53,983 nt of DNA. It comes from Candidatus Hydrogenedentota bacterium (GTDB lineage: Bacteria; Hydrogenedentota; Hydrogenedentia; Hydrogenedentales; JAEUWI01). The position numbers and the translations under genes were made by a program. Position 1 is the first letter of the stretch. The number at the start of each line of letters is the position of its first letter. Location of the stretch: positions 1 to 53,983 of the forward strand of contig JAXMOL010000051.1 in NCBI GenBank assembly GCA_034669905.1. The letters run 5' to 3'. The notes beneath the pieces were generated by a model that saw only the letters and a list, made by a program, of their open reading frames with translations, did not search any database and was not told the DNA's origin. Below, in pieces: positions 30,178-40,906 of this stretch.

Positions 30178-32409
30178 TTATTCGGCGACCTTTACCAGCA
30201 CCAGCAATTGACCGCTTACCCAGCTTTCGGCACTCTTGGAAAAGGTCCAGTCGGGCTGGGCGCCGTCACTGTTACCAATACCCACGTCGGCAGTGCGGCC
30301 TGCGCGGAAATTATTGAAGGCCATGAGGGTCGTCTTGGAGGCCACGTCATGAAACTGCATGGAGCCGTAGCCCACGCTGCGTTCCGCATTGGGCGTATCG
30401 TCGAAGTCATACTTCGCGTCGCTCGCACCGGGCAGCTTGCGGCCGGTCTCGGGACCGTAATTACTCGCCCAGAACTCCATCGCCGCACCGCTCAAGGCAC
30501 CCTGGGGAAGGGCACTGTCGCTGGACTTGACCACGACGTTGGCCACCTCCTGCTGAAAGACCCCGTCATTGCCGGGCGCGGGCACACCGACCCGGGTTAT
30601 TTCCTGGGTGAAGGGGTCGAGTTCCACATAAACCCAGCGGGTCTTTTCGTCGGCATCCACGAGGTGCATGAAATAGGCCACCCGCTCGATAGCCTTCCCC
30701 GCGAAATTACCGTGATTATCCACGTCATATTGAACGCGGTCTTTCACAGTAGCCGGGTTGGTCGGGTCGAAGGCATAGACCACTTTGAAGTCTTGCGCCT
30801 CGGGGACATGATGACGAAGTGCCCCTTCCATGGGCACCGAACCCGCCCGGAAGGCAGACGCGGGCAATCCCGCTTCGTTCATCAGATTCGGCTCGGCGAT
30901 ATGATCCCACGCGAAACGTACGGCAACGGGCTTCTCGACGCCCTCGGCGGTAAGGACGACGGAGGTTCCATCGATTACGGCCGTCGCGTCATGATAGACC
31001 CCGTCAGGGCCGCAGATGGTGAACCAGGTGGGCGCGGCACCGTCCCGTGTCTGGAGGGACTTTGCGTGTTCGAAATGGACCCGCAGGGCATTCCCCTCTA
31101 CGGCGAAGCGGTCGTAGCGGGGGCTTTCCGCGACGATATCGGTCTTGCCGTAGGTCTTGTTCAGCGCGAGGAGGGCGAGGCGTTTGCCGACGTCGTCCTT
31201 GTTGCGGGGGTGGATGTCTTTGATGTTACCGATATCATTGATAACAGCCATGCCGGTGTGGGGCAGATCGAGGGTCGCCGTCTGGGCCTCCCAGATTTCG
31301 GCGAGTGCACGGGGCCTGTCGCCATATTGGAAAGGCGCCAGCTGGACGAAGTAGCAGGCCAGATCATCCTGATTCCAGACGCTGCGCCACCCCTTGATGA
31401 GGGCTTCCATCTTGTCCCGATAGAGCATGCCCTCGCCACGGTTGGATTCGCCCTGATACCAAATAAAGCCCCGGTTCGTGTAGGGTACGAGGGGATGCAC
31501 CATGGCGTTATAAAGCGCCGTGGGCGACTGGCGGTCGGAGAGCACCGACTTGGAAGCCACGTTGGGCAGGGCCGGTGGGAAGGCGCCTTCGGCCAAGGCC
31601 TCTTTGGCATTGGGCAGCCAGGTTTCCACTTCGGCAATGGCCTTCTTAAGCGCGGCCTGGTGTTCGGGGCTGTCGGGCGTGTTCATCCGCACCTAGGCAT
31701 CGATGTCCGACAAGGCTGGCACCTGGGCGAAGCCAACGGGCGGCGTCCAGGGTTCGATGCGCGTGCCGCCCCAGCTGGTGTTAATGACACCCACGGGCAC
31801 CCCGAGCTCGGCCTGCAAATACTTGGCGTAGTAGTAGCTCACGGCCGAGAAACCCGCGCCGTCGTAGCAATTCACCATGGACTCGGGTGTGCAGGCCGCC
31901 CAGGGAGTCAGCTTGCGCAAATCGTCCAGCGGCGTCGTGCTCACTTCCCGATAGACCATGGCGAAGCGAATGGAATCGTTGGCGCACTGGGCCACCTCGG
32001 CTTCCCAGTTGTCCGAAAGCTTGATACTCCACTGCATATTGGACTGCCCCGAGGCCAACCAGACTTCCCCGATAAGGATGTCCTTCAACGCGATGGTCTC
32101 CTCGCCCGACGTCACCGTGAGGGTCAGGGACCCGCCCCCGGCGGTCATGGCCGGCAGTTCGAGGGACCAGCGTCCGTCGTCGCCCACCGTGGTCTCGGCC
32201 TGCTTGTCGGCAATCGAGACAGAAACGGTCTGGCCCGCTTCACCCCAGCCCCAGACTGCGATGGGTGCCTTTTGTTGTAACACCGCGTGGTCGGAGAAGA
32301 TGGCCGGAAGCCGAAGCGCCTCGGCCATAGCGCCGGTGCTGACCAGAAGAAAGGCCACCAGCGCGAACGCCATGTGGCGGGTAATCTGCCTTGCCCTGCA
32401 ATAATTCAT
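30178..32409 (-). pseudogene. Sialate O-acetylesterase (SASA) gene interrupted by one in-frame TAG at 31693-31695
   Basis: ORFs 31693-32409 (signal peptide, GEVWLASGQSNM, WGGTRIEPW) and 30178-31692 (WYQGESN, DIHPRNK, NLMNEAGLPASAFR) are in the same frame, separated only by TAG. Confidence 0.85.
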
Positions 32410-33031
32410 GTGATCCTAATCCTGTTGGTTATGTAGAAGGCGCCCGGGCAACCGCAGCCCAGGGACGTCCTTCCGGCCCAAAAACTATCCGGGCATGGTA
32501 GCACGTGGGCACCGTCAAGGGAATAGTGAGGTGGAGGTGACGCAGGCGGAGCTGGAGGGTAGTCCGTCGGTCTCAGGCGAGAACCACCCAGTCGTGCCGC
32601 GCGATCCCCAAAAGGCGAGTATCAACGAGTCCTGACGGGTTCGTGCGCGTTGAGCGTACCTGACAACGAACGAGGGTCTATTGCCCACGTGAAAGCCGCA
32701 CAATATAGACCGCTCTTCCCATGAATCACCGGTAGTAGTAGTTGGGACGCCCGCCCGAGTTTTTTAAACTTCTCGGCGACGGGCATGCTCCACGCACACG
32801 AACTTCGCCAGACTCGTTTAGACTCGTATGTCAAAGATCGCGCGGCACGATCACCAAGTTTCGTTTGGCACGCACTTCGACTCTTTCCCAAGAAAGCGCT
32901 GCGAACAACAAGTCAGTTCCCGACGAAAGGCCAATTGGTGATCCCTGCCCTACACTGATAGACTGCCCTCTTGTCGGGGTATCCGCAATTCGCCAGGCAA
33001 CTTTGGACCCCGAATTAACCAGGGAATATTC

Positions 33032-34537
33032 ATGTACCTTCCATCGTCCGCCATGCCGAACACGTCCCTCATTATGGGCCTCCTGTTGATACCGTTACTT
33101 TGTGCCGAGGTGGAAGGAGCCGAAGCCCCCCTCGGTATCGGGGATCGCAACCAGGTCTTCATCGATGGCCGCTTTCTCGCCGAAACAGAAAACGTACGCA
33201 TCGTGACCTGTCCCCCCGTGAAGACCAACGAGGTTTCGCTCAAGGGCAAGCTCGGGGGCTATTCCTCGCTCATAACACCGCGCAAAGACTTCCGGTGGTA
33301 TTCGGCCCTGTCCAAAGATGGCATCCACTGGCGGCGGACTTCGGGATTCCAAGCGCCTGAGGACGACGACATCCTGGGAATTCTCCTGGGAGGTTTCAGC
33401 ATCTTCGAAGACCCAAAAGCACCGCCGGAAGCGCGCTTCAAACGCTTTGACGGGCTGGCCAACAAAGTCAGCGCCTCCAGCGACGGTTCGGATTGGAAGG
33501 TCCTTCACGAGAACATCTTCCCCGCCGCCGCAAGGTATCCCCATGGCATGGACAGCCACAACGTGTGCTACTTCGATGAGGTGTTGGGGAAATACGTGGC
33601 CTACGTGCGGGTGAACAAGGTCTACACCTGTCCGCCCGAACGGGTGCCCTATTTCCGCACCATCGGCACGGCACGTTACGGGGGTGAAAACAAGTACTCC
33701 CGGCGCACCATCGGACGCGCGGTGACCGACGACCTTTCGTCCTTCCCCATGCCCGAGGTGGTCCTGGAGCCCGACGATAAGGACCCTCAGTTTGGCGGCG
33801 TGAAAGTCATGGACTTCTATTGTCCCCAGGTGGTGCCCTATCCCGGAGCGCAAGACGCCTATTTCCTATTCAACACACGCTACCGCTCCTATGAAGACTG
33901 GTACCTTTCCGAAGACATGTCCCAATACACCCCGACCACCGTGGGGGTATACAACGTGGGCGCCGAGGACATTGAGCTGGCGGCCAGTCGGGATGGTATC
34001 GACTGGGACCGTTATGAACGGGAGCCCTGGATTCGTAACGGACTGGCGGGCAGCAATGATGCCCTTTCCATGTACATGACGCGGGGAATGCACATCCAGG
34101 GGGACGAGATCTGGATGTATTACATCGGGATTAACGATCCCCATACGGGAAATGAAGACGTGCAGGATCAATACGTCTTGACCCGGGTGGTGTTACGCAA
34201 AGATGGTTTCACCTGTGTGGAATCTACGTACGAAGGTGGCGAATTCACAACGCCCCCCTTGCAGGTTACGGGCAACCAACTCCATCTCAACATCGACACA
34301 TCGGCCATGGGCCTGGCGCGGGTGGAGATTCAGGATGCCAACGGCGTGGCCCTGCCCGGTTTTTCGCTGGACGATTGTGATCGCATTCACGCGACCAACG
34401 TCACCCAGCATGCGGTCACCTGGAAGGGGAACGCCGATGTGGGTGCCGCCACTGCACAGCCGATTCGACTGCGCTTTGAATTTCAGTTTGGCACCCGGCT
34501 GTATGCCTTCCGCTTTGCGACGGCGGAGAATTCGTAA
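33032..34537 (+). CDS. Exported glycoside-hydrolase-like protein (5-bladed propeller plus C-terminal beta domain), uncharacterised
   Basis: Signal peptide; SKDGIHW, SSDGSDW, SRDGIDW repeats; RKDGF..GEFTT..L.LN C-terminal pattern. Confidence 0.72.
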   Translation: MYLPSSAMPNTSLIMGLLLIPLLCAEVEGAEAPLGIGDRNQVFIDGRFLAETENVRIVTCPPVKTNEVSLKGKLGGYSSLITPRKDFRWYSALSKDGIHWRRTSGFQAPEDDDILGILLGGFSIFEDPKAPPEARFKRFDGLANKVSASSDGSDWKVLHENIFPAAARYPHGMDSHNVCYFDEVLGKYVAYVRVNKVYTCPPERVPYFRTIGTARYGGENKYSRRTIGRAVTDDLSSFPMPEVVLEPDDKDPQFGGVKVMDFYCPQVVPYPGAQDAYFLFNTRYRSYEDWYLSEDMSQYTPTTVGVYNVGAEDIELAASRDGIDWDRYEREPWIRNGLAGSNDALSMYMTRGMHIQGDEIWMYYIGINDPHTGNEDVQDQYVLTRVVLRKDGFTCVESTYEGGEFTTPPLQVTGNQLHLNIDTSAMGLARVEIQDANGVALPGFSLDDCDRIHATNVTQHAVTWKGNADVGAATAQPIRLRFEFQFGTRLYAFRFATAENS

Positions 34538-34565
34538 CGCAAAGGCGTGAGTCGGTGAAGGGCAC

Positions 34566-34591
34566 TGGATTCCCGCCTTCGCGGGAATGAC
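34566..34591. repeat. Short palindromic repeat of the ATTCCC-N8-GGGAAT (dRS3-like) class
   Basis: TGGATTCCCGCCTTCGCGGGAATGAC in a convergent intergenic region. Confidence 0.7.
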
Positions 34592-34906
34592 GGTTGACCT
34601 TTTCGGCAGGGCTCCGTACGCTTTTTTCAAAACAGGGACAAATCTCGTTTACTCCAGCGGGATAGTCGGAACCTTTCGAGGAGGATGTCGGGGGCCATCC
34701 TCACACGGAGGGCGCAGCGGGGGAAGTTTGTGGGTGTCTTCTATTCAGGAACTACTCCCCTGAGAAGATGATGCATATTGGTTTCGCTGTCGCGAAGTTT
34801 ATTCCCCCACAAGCGATACGGCGTAGCCACCCCGCTTTGAGGGTAGCACCCGCAGTCTCATTTCTACTCCCGAGCCTCCTGACGTACGCGCCATTCGGAA
34901 TAGCGT

Positions 34907-35653
34907 CTATTCTTTCGCGGGCTCCGGCGTTTCGGAAGTTTCGGCAAGCCGTTTGGCATCGGCCTCGGCACAGAAATACATGAAGTGGCGCAGGGGTTCT
35001 TTCAGCGCCTTTTCGATTTCGGCCCGAGCCTTGTCCCGCTCCCCCATGAGCTCATAGTATTTCCCCACGTAGTAGTGCGCGTAGAACCGCCGATTGGTCT
35101 GCTCCCCCGGCGATAGCCCGTCGGCCTGTGTAGCCTCAAAAACGGCCTCGACTTTTCCTGTACCAAGGTAAAGATCGAGCAATGCGGGAAAAGGCGGACG
35201 ACGACGATTGGGGTAAGCAAACATGGATTCCCGCGCCGCCTTGATGCCCTCTTCCTCCGCAATGCAGAGCAGGCGCCAGAGTCCGTTTTCGATATCGGTG
35301 GCCCCCACCTCGTGATAGCGCGCAAACTGGGCAGCACCCGATGCGAAGTCCCCCGCGTAATATTGCGCCAGGCCCCGCTCCCAACAGGAGTAGGCGTCGT
35401 GGGGCGAACCCAGCGCGGCCACCACGTCATAATCGGCGATGGCTTCCTTAAAACGCCCGAGGCGAAAGAGCACCTCGGCCCGCAGGTGATGCTGGGGCGA
35501 AGGACGGTCGGTAATCACTTCGTTGAGGCGGGCGAGGGAGGTCTCCAGGGCGGTCGTAGCGGAAGACGGGAGCTCCCCTTCCTGCCCATGGACGGTGAGG
35601 CTCAGGGAGATTCCCAACAGCGTCAGCACGTAGAAAAGTCGGACCGGTTTCAT
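34907..35653 (-). CDS. Exported TPR protein (NlpI-like)
   Basis: Signal peptide; TPR helices RAEVLFRLGRFKEAIADYD, WERGLAQYYAG, FYAHYYVG. Confidence 0.78.
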   Translation of the reverse strand: MKPVRLFYVLTLLGISLSLTVHGQEGELPSSATTALETSLARLNEVITDRPSPQHHLRAEVLFRLGRFKEAIADYDVVAALGSPHDAYSCWERGLAQYYAGDFASGAAQFARYHEVGATDIENGLWRLLCIAEEEGIKAARESMFAYPNRRRPPFPALLDLYLGTGKVEAVFEATQADGLSPGEQTNRRFYAHYYVGKYYELMGERDKARAEIEKALKEPLRHFMYFCAEADAKRLAETSETPEPAKE

Positions 35654-35812
35654 GAGATATTCCTCCGCATCATTCTCTCTGCCGGCCCCTTCCATACAGG
35701 CCGTGGCAACGTTCCGCATCCTACTAAGCCCCGGAGTGGAACGCAAGCTATCTTGCAATCCCCCGCCGCCTCTGACATATTGAAGCGTCGCCTACGACGG
35801 AAAGGTATTGCC

Positions 35813-37066
35813 ATGACGTACGGAAATCTCCTCCTTGCCTTCGCCCTCCTCTGCGGGGCTGCGGGCCCTTTCGGCACCGCGCACGCCTCTGGAGATTGGC
35901 CGGAGTTTCGCGGGCCTACGAGTCAGGGTTTGGGCGGCAACGCGACGCCGCCCCTTACGTGGGGGACGAGCGAACATGTGACGTGGAAGCGCGCCATACC
36001 GGGCACGGGGTGGTCTTCTCCCGTCGTGATGAATGACCGAATCTATCTCACCACCGCGATTGAACACGACGACGCGTTGGAGTCGCTGCGGGCCCTGCAA
36101 CTAGATGCCGTGACGGGCGAAATCCTATGGAACGTGCCCGTGTTCGACCAGTTGCCCCGCATTCCGAAGCATCCCAAGAACGGCTATGCCAGCCCCACGC
36201 CCATCGTCTCCGGCGAGCGGCTCTTTGTGCACTTTGGCCCACTGGGTACGGCGTGCCTCAATCTCGACGGTGACGTGTTGTGGCGCCAGACCGAGCTCGC
36301 CTACAAGACACCTCATGGGAATGGCGGTTCGCCTGCATTGGCGAAAAACCGGCTGATTATCAGTTACGATGACAACGACGCCCCATTCATTGCGGCCCTC
36401 GACACCCAAACAGGCAAGGTGCTCTGGAAGACCTTTCGGAACAGCACGGCGGGTAAGAAGTTTTCCTTCAGCACGCCCCTCATCGTGGAGGAGCAGGGCC
36501 GAGACGTGGCGGTGAGCACCGCCAGCGGCCTCGTGGGGGCCTATGACCTCCGCGATGGTAATCTGGTCTGGCAGGTCCGCTATGGTGAAGGGTTCTCCAT
36601 TGTGCCCCGGCCCGTGCTCGCCCACGGGCTCATCTTCCTGGGCACCGGCTTTGCCCGGCCCTCCAGCATTTACGCCATCCGCACGGGCGGCACCGGCGAC
36701 GTGACCGATAGCCATGTGGCGTGGACGTCTGAAGAAGGGACGCCCCATACCCCGTCCATGCTGGTGGTGGGCGCGGAACTCTATTGCGTCAGTGACCGGG
36801 GTGAGATTTCCTGTCGCGACGCCGTCACCGGAAAGATTCACTGGATAGAAAAAGTGGACGGCAAGTTTTCCGCCTCCCCCGTCTTCGCCGATGGGCGCAT
36901 CTACGCCACCAATGAAGCGGGCAAGACCACCGTCTTTGCAGCGGGTAAGCGCTTTCAGGTGCTTGCGACCAATGACCTGGCCGAACGAACCTTTGCGTCA
37001 CCTGCCCTCAGCGGCAAGGCCCTCTACGTTCGCACCGAGCGCCAGCTTTACCGCATCGAGGAGTAG
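35813..37066 (+). CDS. PQQ-like beta-propeller repeat protein
   Basis: AAGG RBS; signal peptide; DWPEFRGP, SSPVV, DAVTGE.LW repeats. Confidence 0.88.
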   Translation: MTYGNLLLAFALLCGAAGPFGTAHASGDWPEFRGPTSQGLGGNATPPLTWGTSEHVTWKRAIPGTGWSSPVVMNDRIYLTTAIEHDDALESLRALQLDAVTGEILWNVPVFDQLPRIPKHPKNGYASPTPIVSGERLFVHFGPLGTACLNLDGDVLWRQTELAYKTPHGNGGSPALAKNRLIISYDDNDAPFIAALDTQTGKVLWKTFRNSTAGKKFSFSTPLIVEEQGRDVAVSTASGLVGAYDLRDGNLVWQVRYGEGFSIVPRPVLAHGLIFLGTGFARPSSIYAIRTGGTGDVTDSHVAWTSEEGTPHTPSMLVVGAELYCVSDRGEISCRDAVTGKIHWIEKVDGKFSASPVFADGRIYATNEAGKTTVFAAGKRFQVLATNDLAERTFASPALSGKALYVRTERQLYRIEE

Positions 37067-37391
37067 CTGGACGAGGCCGTGGATGTAGTGGTCGCAAGAT
37101 GGACTTCCGTCCGTTCCAGCGCATAGAGCGAGCGCGACGGTGCCCTAATCAGGACTCACGGCACTGTTGCCACGCCCACCATACCGGCGCCTTAAGAGTC
37201 TACCGCATCGTCACACGAGGAAGAGCTATTCCATGCGGCTCAAGGCACCCGAACCCGACCGACGGTCGCGAGGGATCGGGTGGCACCATAAACTGCGGAA
37301 ATTCGCTTCTTGCCTTTCGTTCCCCGGGAGCACAAAAACACCGCCGAGGTCATCCTCGGCGGTGTTTCACTGTTTATGGGTAACTACGATT

Positions 37392-38714
37392 TCAGGAAAG
37401 GGTGTAGGGCGCGCGATAGTCGCGGGTCAACCACGCTTTCTCACCGCTGCGCCAGGCGAAACGCATCCGCTTGGGTTTCCACTTAATGGTTTCATGGTTG
37501 TAATAAGCCTGGTTCAAGAGGTGGCAGCAGATGGCGCTCCGGCCACCCACGATTTCATTCGTGATGGGCTTCTTGCGGCTTTCGATGCACTCCAGGAAAT
37601 CCTTGATGTGGTGACGGCTTTCATAGAGCTTGATCTTCGCGTTGGCGAGATACTCTTTCTGCACGTGGACAATCGTGGAAGCAAGTGAACCGCCTTTGCC
37701 CTGAATCTGCTTACCGTCGCGCCAGAATTCGAATTTCCCGCGGTTAACTTTGACTTCGCCTTCGTCGCCGAAGAAGTGCACGCCGAATCCGCCCTTGTGA
37801 ATGACTTCGACGCCATTCTTATAGGTCATGACCGCGCCTTCCACCGCATTGGGATCATCGGGGGGCGTGATGAGTTTCGGACCGCTGTCGTCCATGCCGA
37901 GGCCCCACTGGGCGATATCGAGGTGGTGGGCACCCCAGTCACAGACCATGCCGCCGCCATACTCTTTGTAGGTACGCCAGTTGGGAAAGTGGTCGTGCAC
38001 GCCACGGGGACTCAGCACCGAGTTATAGGGGCGCATGGGGCCGGGGCCAATCCAACGCTCCCAATCGAGACCGGGTTCCATTTCCTCTTCGGGCAGGTCG
38101 CAGGGAACTCCGGGAGGGCCGAAGCTGCACTCCACCCGGCTGATTTTACCGGCCGCGCCGTTCTGCACCAGTTCACAGGCCACGCGAAACTCTTCCATAG
38201 AGCGCTGCATGGATCCGGTCTGCAACACGGCCTTGTTGTCTTTGACCGCGTCTATAATTTCGACGGCTTCGTTAATATTGTGGGTCAACGGTTTTTCGCA
38301 ATAGACATCGATACCCGCGTTCAAGGCCGCGAGGATGGGAATGGCGTGCCAGTGATCGGGCGTGGCGATACAGACCGCATCAATATCGCCCCGGTCGATC
38401 AGCTCCTGAAAGTCGACGTATGCCGCGCATTCGGCCGAGCCCATTTCCGGCTTGGCGGTGTAGAATTCGTTGACCCGTTGCTGGGCGTGGGTGCGACGCG
38501 TCGTATCCACATCGCAGACCGCCACGACCCGGACCACGGGCTGCTGGAGGAAACTGCCCAACAGGTGGTAGCTCTGCTTGCCCATGCCGATAAAACCCAT
38601 GGTGATCTTGTCACTGGGATTCACATCCGCCGCCCAAACTTTCGACGGCAAGATAAAGGGCGCAGCCGACAAGACGGAGGCGGCCTTCAAAAATGTTCTG
38701 CGATTGGTCTTCAT
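37392..38714 (-). CDS. Tat-exported Gfo/Idh/MocA oxidoreductase
   Basis: NRRTFLK Tat motif, IATPDHWH, YCEKP, DWGAHHLD. Confidence 0.92.
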   Translation of the reverse strand: MKTNRRTFLKAASVLSAAPFILPSKVWAADVNPSDKITMGFIGMGKQSYHLLGSFLQQPVVRVVAVCDVDTTRRTHAQQRVNEFYTAKPEMGSAECAAYVDFQELIDRGDIDAVCIATPDHWHAIPILAALNAGIDVYCEKPLTHNINEAVEIIDAVKDNKAVLQTGSMQRSMEEFRVACELVQNGAAGKISRVECSFGPPGVPCDLPEEEMEPGLDWERWIGPGPMRPYNSVLSPRGVHDHFPNWRTYKEYGGGMVCDWGAHHLDIAQWGLGMDDSGPKLITPPDDPNAVEGAVMTYKNGVEVIHKGGFGVHFFGDEGEVKVNRGKFEFWRDGKQIQGKGGSLASTIVHVQKEYLANAKIKLYESRHHIKDFLECIESRKKPITNEIVGGRSAICCHLLNQAYYNHETIKWKPKRMRFAWRSGEKAWLTRDYRAPYTLS

Positions 38715-38919
38715 AAAACAGCTCCTGGTTCATACGTAGCGTTAGAATATGATCGTGGAAGTATTCTATAAAGCGGTCCCGGATAACAAGTGAAAATAAC
38801 GCTGGATAGGAGAATCCCGCCGTGATGGCGGGAATGCGACACCCAAAGCTCGGGACACCGGTCCAAGAGGAGGTCAGTCAGGCCCCCTTCGTAAACCTGA
38901 GAACCGAGAAGGAAAACCC

Positions 38920-39846
38920 ATGCAGAATTTATGGTGTCCCCGCGCAGCCACGTTGATGACGTTCCTCGCCCTCTTCATCTTCGCGCCACAGAGTATGGCC
39001 GGCATTGAATCTCTTGTTGTCCCCTACACCGCCACAGAAGATGTGGTCTACGGGCAGAAAGAGGGCATGGGCCTGACCCTCGATGTGTTACAACCCAAAG
39101 AAAATCGCAAGGGCGTGGGTATCGTGCTCGTATCCAGTGGCAGCTGGCGCTCGGGCAAATCCAATATTGCGGCGGAAGTGGAAGAGAAGCGGAAAGACCA
39201 CTGGGGCATGGGACTGCTCCACCATGGCTTTACGGTCTTCGTCGTGCGCCATGGCACGAGTCCCCGCTTTACGGTGCCGGAAATCATTGAAGACATCCGG
39301 CGCTCCGTCCGCTTTGTGCGGCACCACGCGGCGGACTATCAGATTGCCCCGAAGCACATCGGCATCACCAGTGGCTCTTCGGGCGGACACCTATCCCTCA
39401 TGGTCGGCATGACGGGAGATGACGGGGACCCCGACGCGACGGACCCGGTGTTGCGCGAAAGCAGCCGTACCCAGGCCATTGTCGCGTGGTTTCCACCCAC
39501 CGACCTCATCAATTGGGGTGCGACGGATGGCTACAAGGTGATCGAATCCGTGCGGCCTGGCATGTTCCAACGGATGTTTGGGAGCATCGACGATTTACCG
39601 GCCCAACTCAAATCCATATCGCCCCTCTATTTCACCACCCCGGACGACCCGCCGCTTTTGCTGATACATGGAGACAGCGACACGACGGTCCCGCTCCAGC
39701 AATCAGAGGCGCTTAAGGAGCAATACGAAGCGGCGGGCCTTAAGGTCAAACTTATCGTGGAGCCCGGTGGGGGCCACACCTACTGGGACGGCATCGAAGA
39801 AGACTACGTCGCGGTGGGTAGTTGGTTTGACACCTGGCTCAAGTAA
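38920..39846 (+). CDS. Exported alpha/beta hydrolase (esterase)
   Basis: GSSGGH nucleophile elbow, HGDSDTTVP, GGGH. Confidence 0.88.
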   Translation: MQNLWCPRAATLMTFLALFIFAPQSMAGIESLVVPYTATEDVVYGQKEGMGLTLDVLQPKENRKGVGIVLVSSGSWRSGKSNIAAEVEEKRKDHWGMGLLHHGFTVFVVRHGTSPRFTVPEIIEDIRRSVRFVRHHAADYQIAPKHIGITSGSSGGHLSLMVGMTGDDGDPDATDPVLRESSRTQAIVAWFPPTDLINWGATDGYKVIESVRPGMFQRMFGSIDDLPAQLKSISPLYFTTPDDPPLLLIHGDSDTTVPLQQSEALKEQYEAAGLKVKLIVEPGGGHTYWDGIEEDYVAVGSWFDTWLK

Positions 39847-39907
39847 GACACGCCCCGAAGGGAACGGGAGGTCTAAATCGTAGTTGAAGGCGTTTCTATC
39901 ACTATTC

Positions 39908-40122
39908 TTGGGCCGGACTTTCAGTCCTTATTTTGGATAACTTTGATTTCCTGGGGCTTCGCCCCAGTCTGGTATATTTCGCGCCATTGGCGCTATGGAA
40001 GCAGACCCGATTGCACAGCGGATAACTCTTGTAGGGCCAACGGCCCGGAAGCATATCAGCATGGGGCAACGCCCCATGTTTTTGGAGCACTGGATTCTCT
40101 AAGGGCTGAAAGCCCGTTCCAT
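39908..40122. repeat. REP/REPIN-like element B (two inverted three-hairpin arms, no tandem amplification)
   Basis: GGACTTTCAGTCC, CTGGGGCTTCGCCCCAG, GCGCCATTGGCGC ... GGGCCAACGGCCC, CATGGGGCAACGCCCCATG, GGGCTGAAAGCCC; same architecture as element A in opposite orientation. Confidence 0.85.
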
Positions 40123-40221
40123 CCCGTAGGCAGAAACATTGACTTATAGGGGCGATGCGGTTTTCCCCTGTTGAATGGGCTGCGCCATGCAATTAACAAC
40201 CGCCTTGATTCGCTCCGTCCG

Positions 40222-40875
40222 CTACCCTTCTTCGGTGAGCTCTTTGATTTTGGCGTTGCGATACCAGACCCGCTTGGCTTCATCCTGAAAACCAATGTGG
40301 CCTTCCAGGGGACGATCTTTCATGGCACCCTCATCGAGCTGGATGTCGATGATCTGCTCACCATTCAAGACGACCGTGAGATGATTGCCCCTGCAGGTGA
40401 TGACGTAGCGGTTCCACTCGCCCGCAGGCTTGGCCATGTTCTTCGTGGGACCTGCCGTACGGATGACGCCGCCGCAGTCGTGGTGCCCGGGGTTTTCCAG
40501 GCCATGGGTATCGAGTATTTGCACTTCGATGCCCGTGTCCACGGGCAGCAAGGGATCGCCCACGCGAAAGAAGACGCCCGAGTTGCCTTCCTTAAGAATC
40601 TTGAATTCGATATCGATGACAAAGTCTTTGTACTTCCGCTCTGACATGATGTAGGCATCAAAGCGCTGCCAGCCGTGTTCACCCGGTCGGGGATGGAGGG
40701 TGAGGATGTTATCCTCCTCAATAACCCAATTACCGGTGGTCTTCCAGCCCGTCAGGTCCTTCCCATTGAAGAGGGGCACGAAGCCGTCGTCGTTCTTCGC
40801 AGCGGTATCGGCATGGGCCAACCCGGTCATCACAAAACAAAGCACAGCGAGAAAACAACTCATAACGTGTCGCAT
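40222..40875 (-). CDS. DUF1080 (3-keto-glycoside hydrolase/lyase family) exported protein
   Basis: AGGAG RBS; signal peptide; LFNGKDLTGW, GNSGVFFR, EVQILD, GEWN, GHIGFQD..VWYRN. Confidence 0.92.
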   Translation of the reverse strand: MRHVMSCFLAVLCFVMTGLAHADTAAKNDDGFVPLFNGKDLTGWKTTGNWVIEEDNILTLHPRPGEHGWQRFDAYIMSERKYKDFVIDIEFKILKEGNSGVFFRVGDPLLPVDTGIEVQILDTHGLENPGHHDCGGVIRTAGPTKNMAKPAGEWNRYVITCRGNHLTVVLNGEQIIDIQLDEGAMKDRPLEGHIGFQDEAKRVWYRNAKIKELTEEG

Positions 40876-40906
40876 GAAATGTACTCCTGGACCGACTTGG
40901 GCCCTG

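Noticed and set aside
31693..31695. Genome-wide TAG reassignment
   Set aside because: Conserved genes in the window (e.g. rpsO) end at TAG at their expected C-termini.
30034..32280. 748-aa plus-strand ORF
   Set aside because: Antisense shadow of the sialate O-acetylesterase frame; no motifs.
32529..32545. GGTGGAGGTGACG resembling the reverse complement of a tmRNA/tRNA 3' end
   Set aside because: No adjacent T-arm (GTTCGA) and no integrase nearby.
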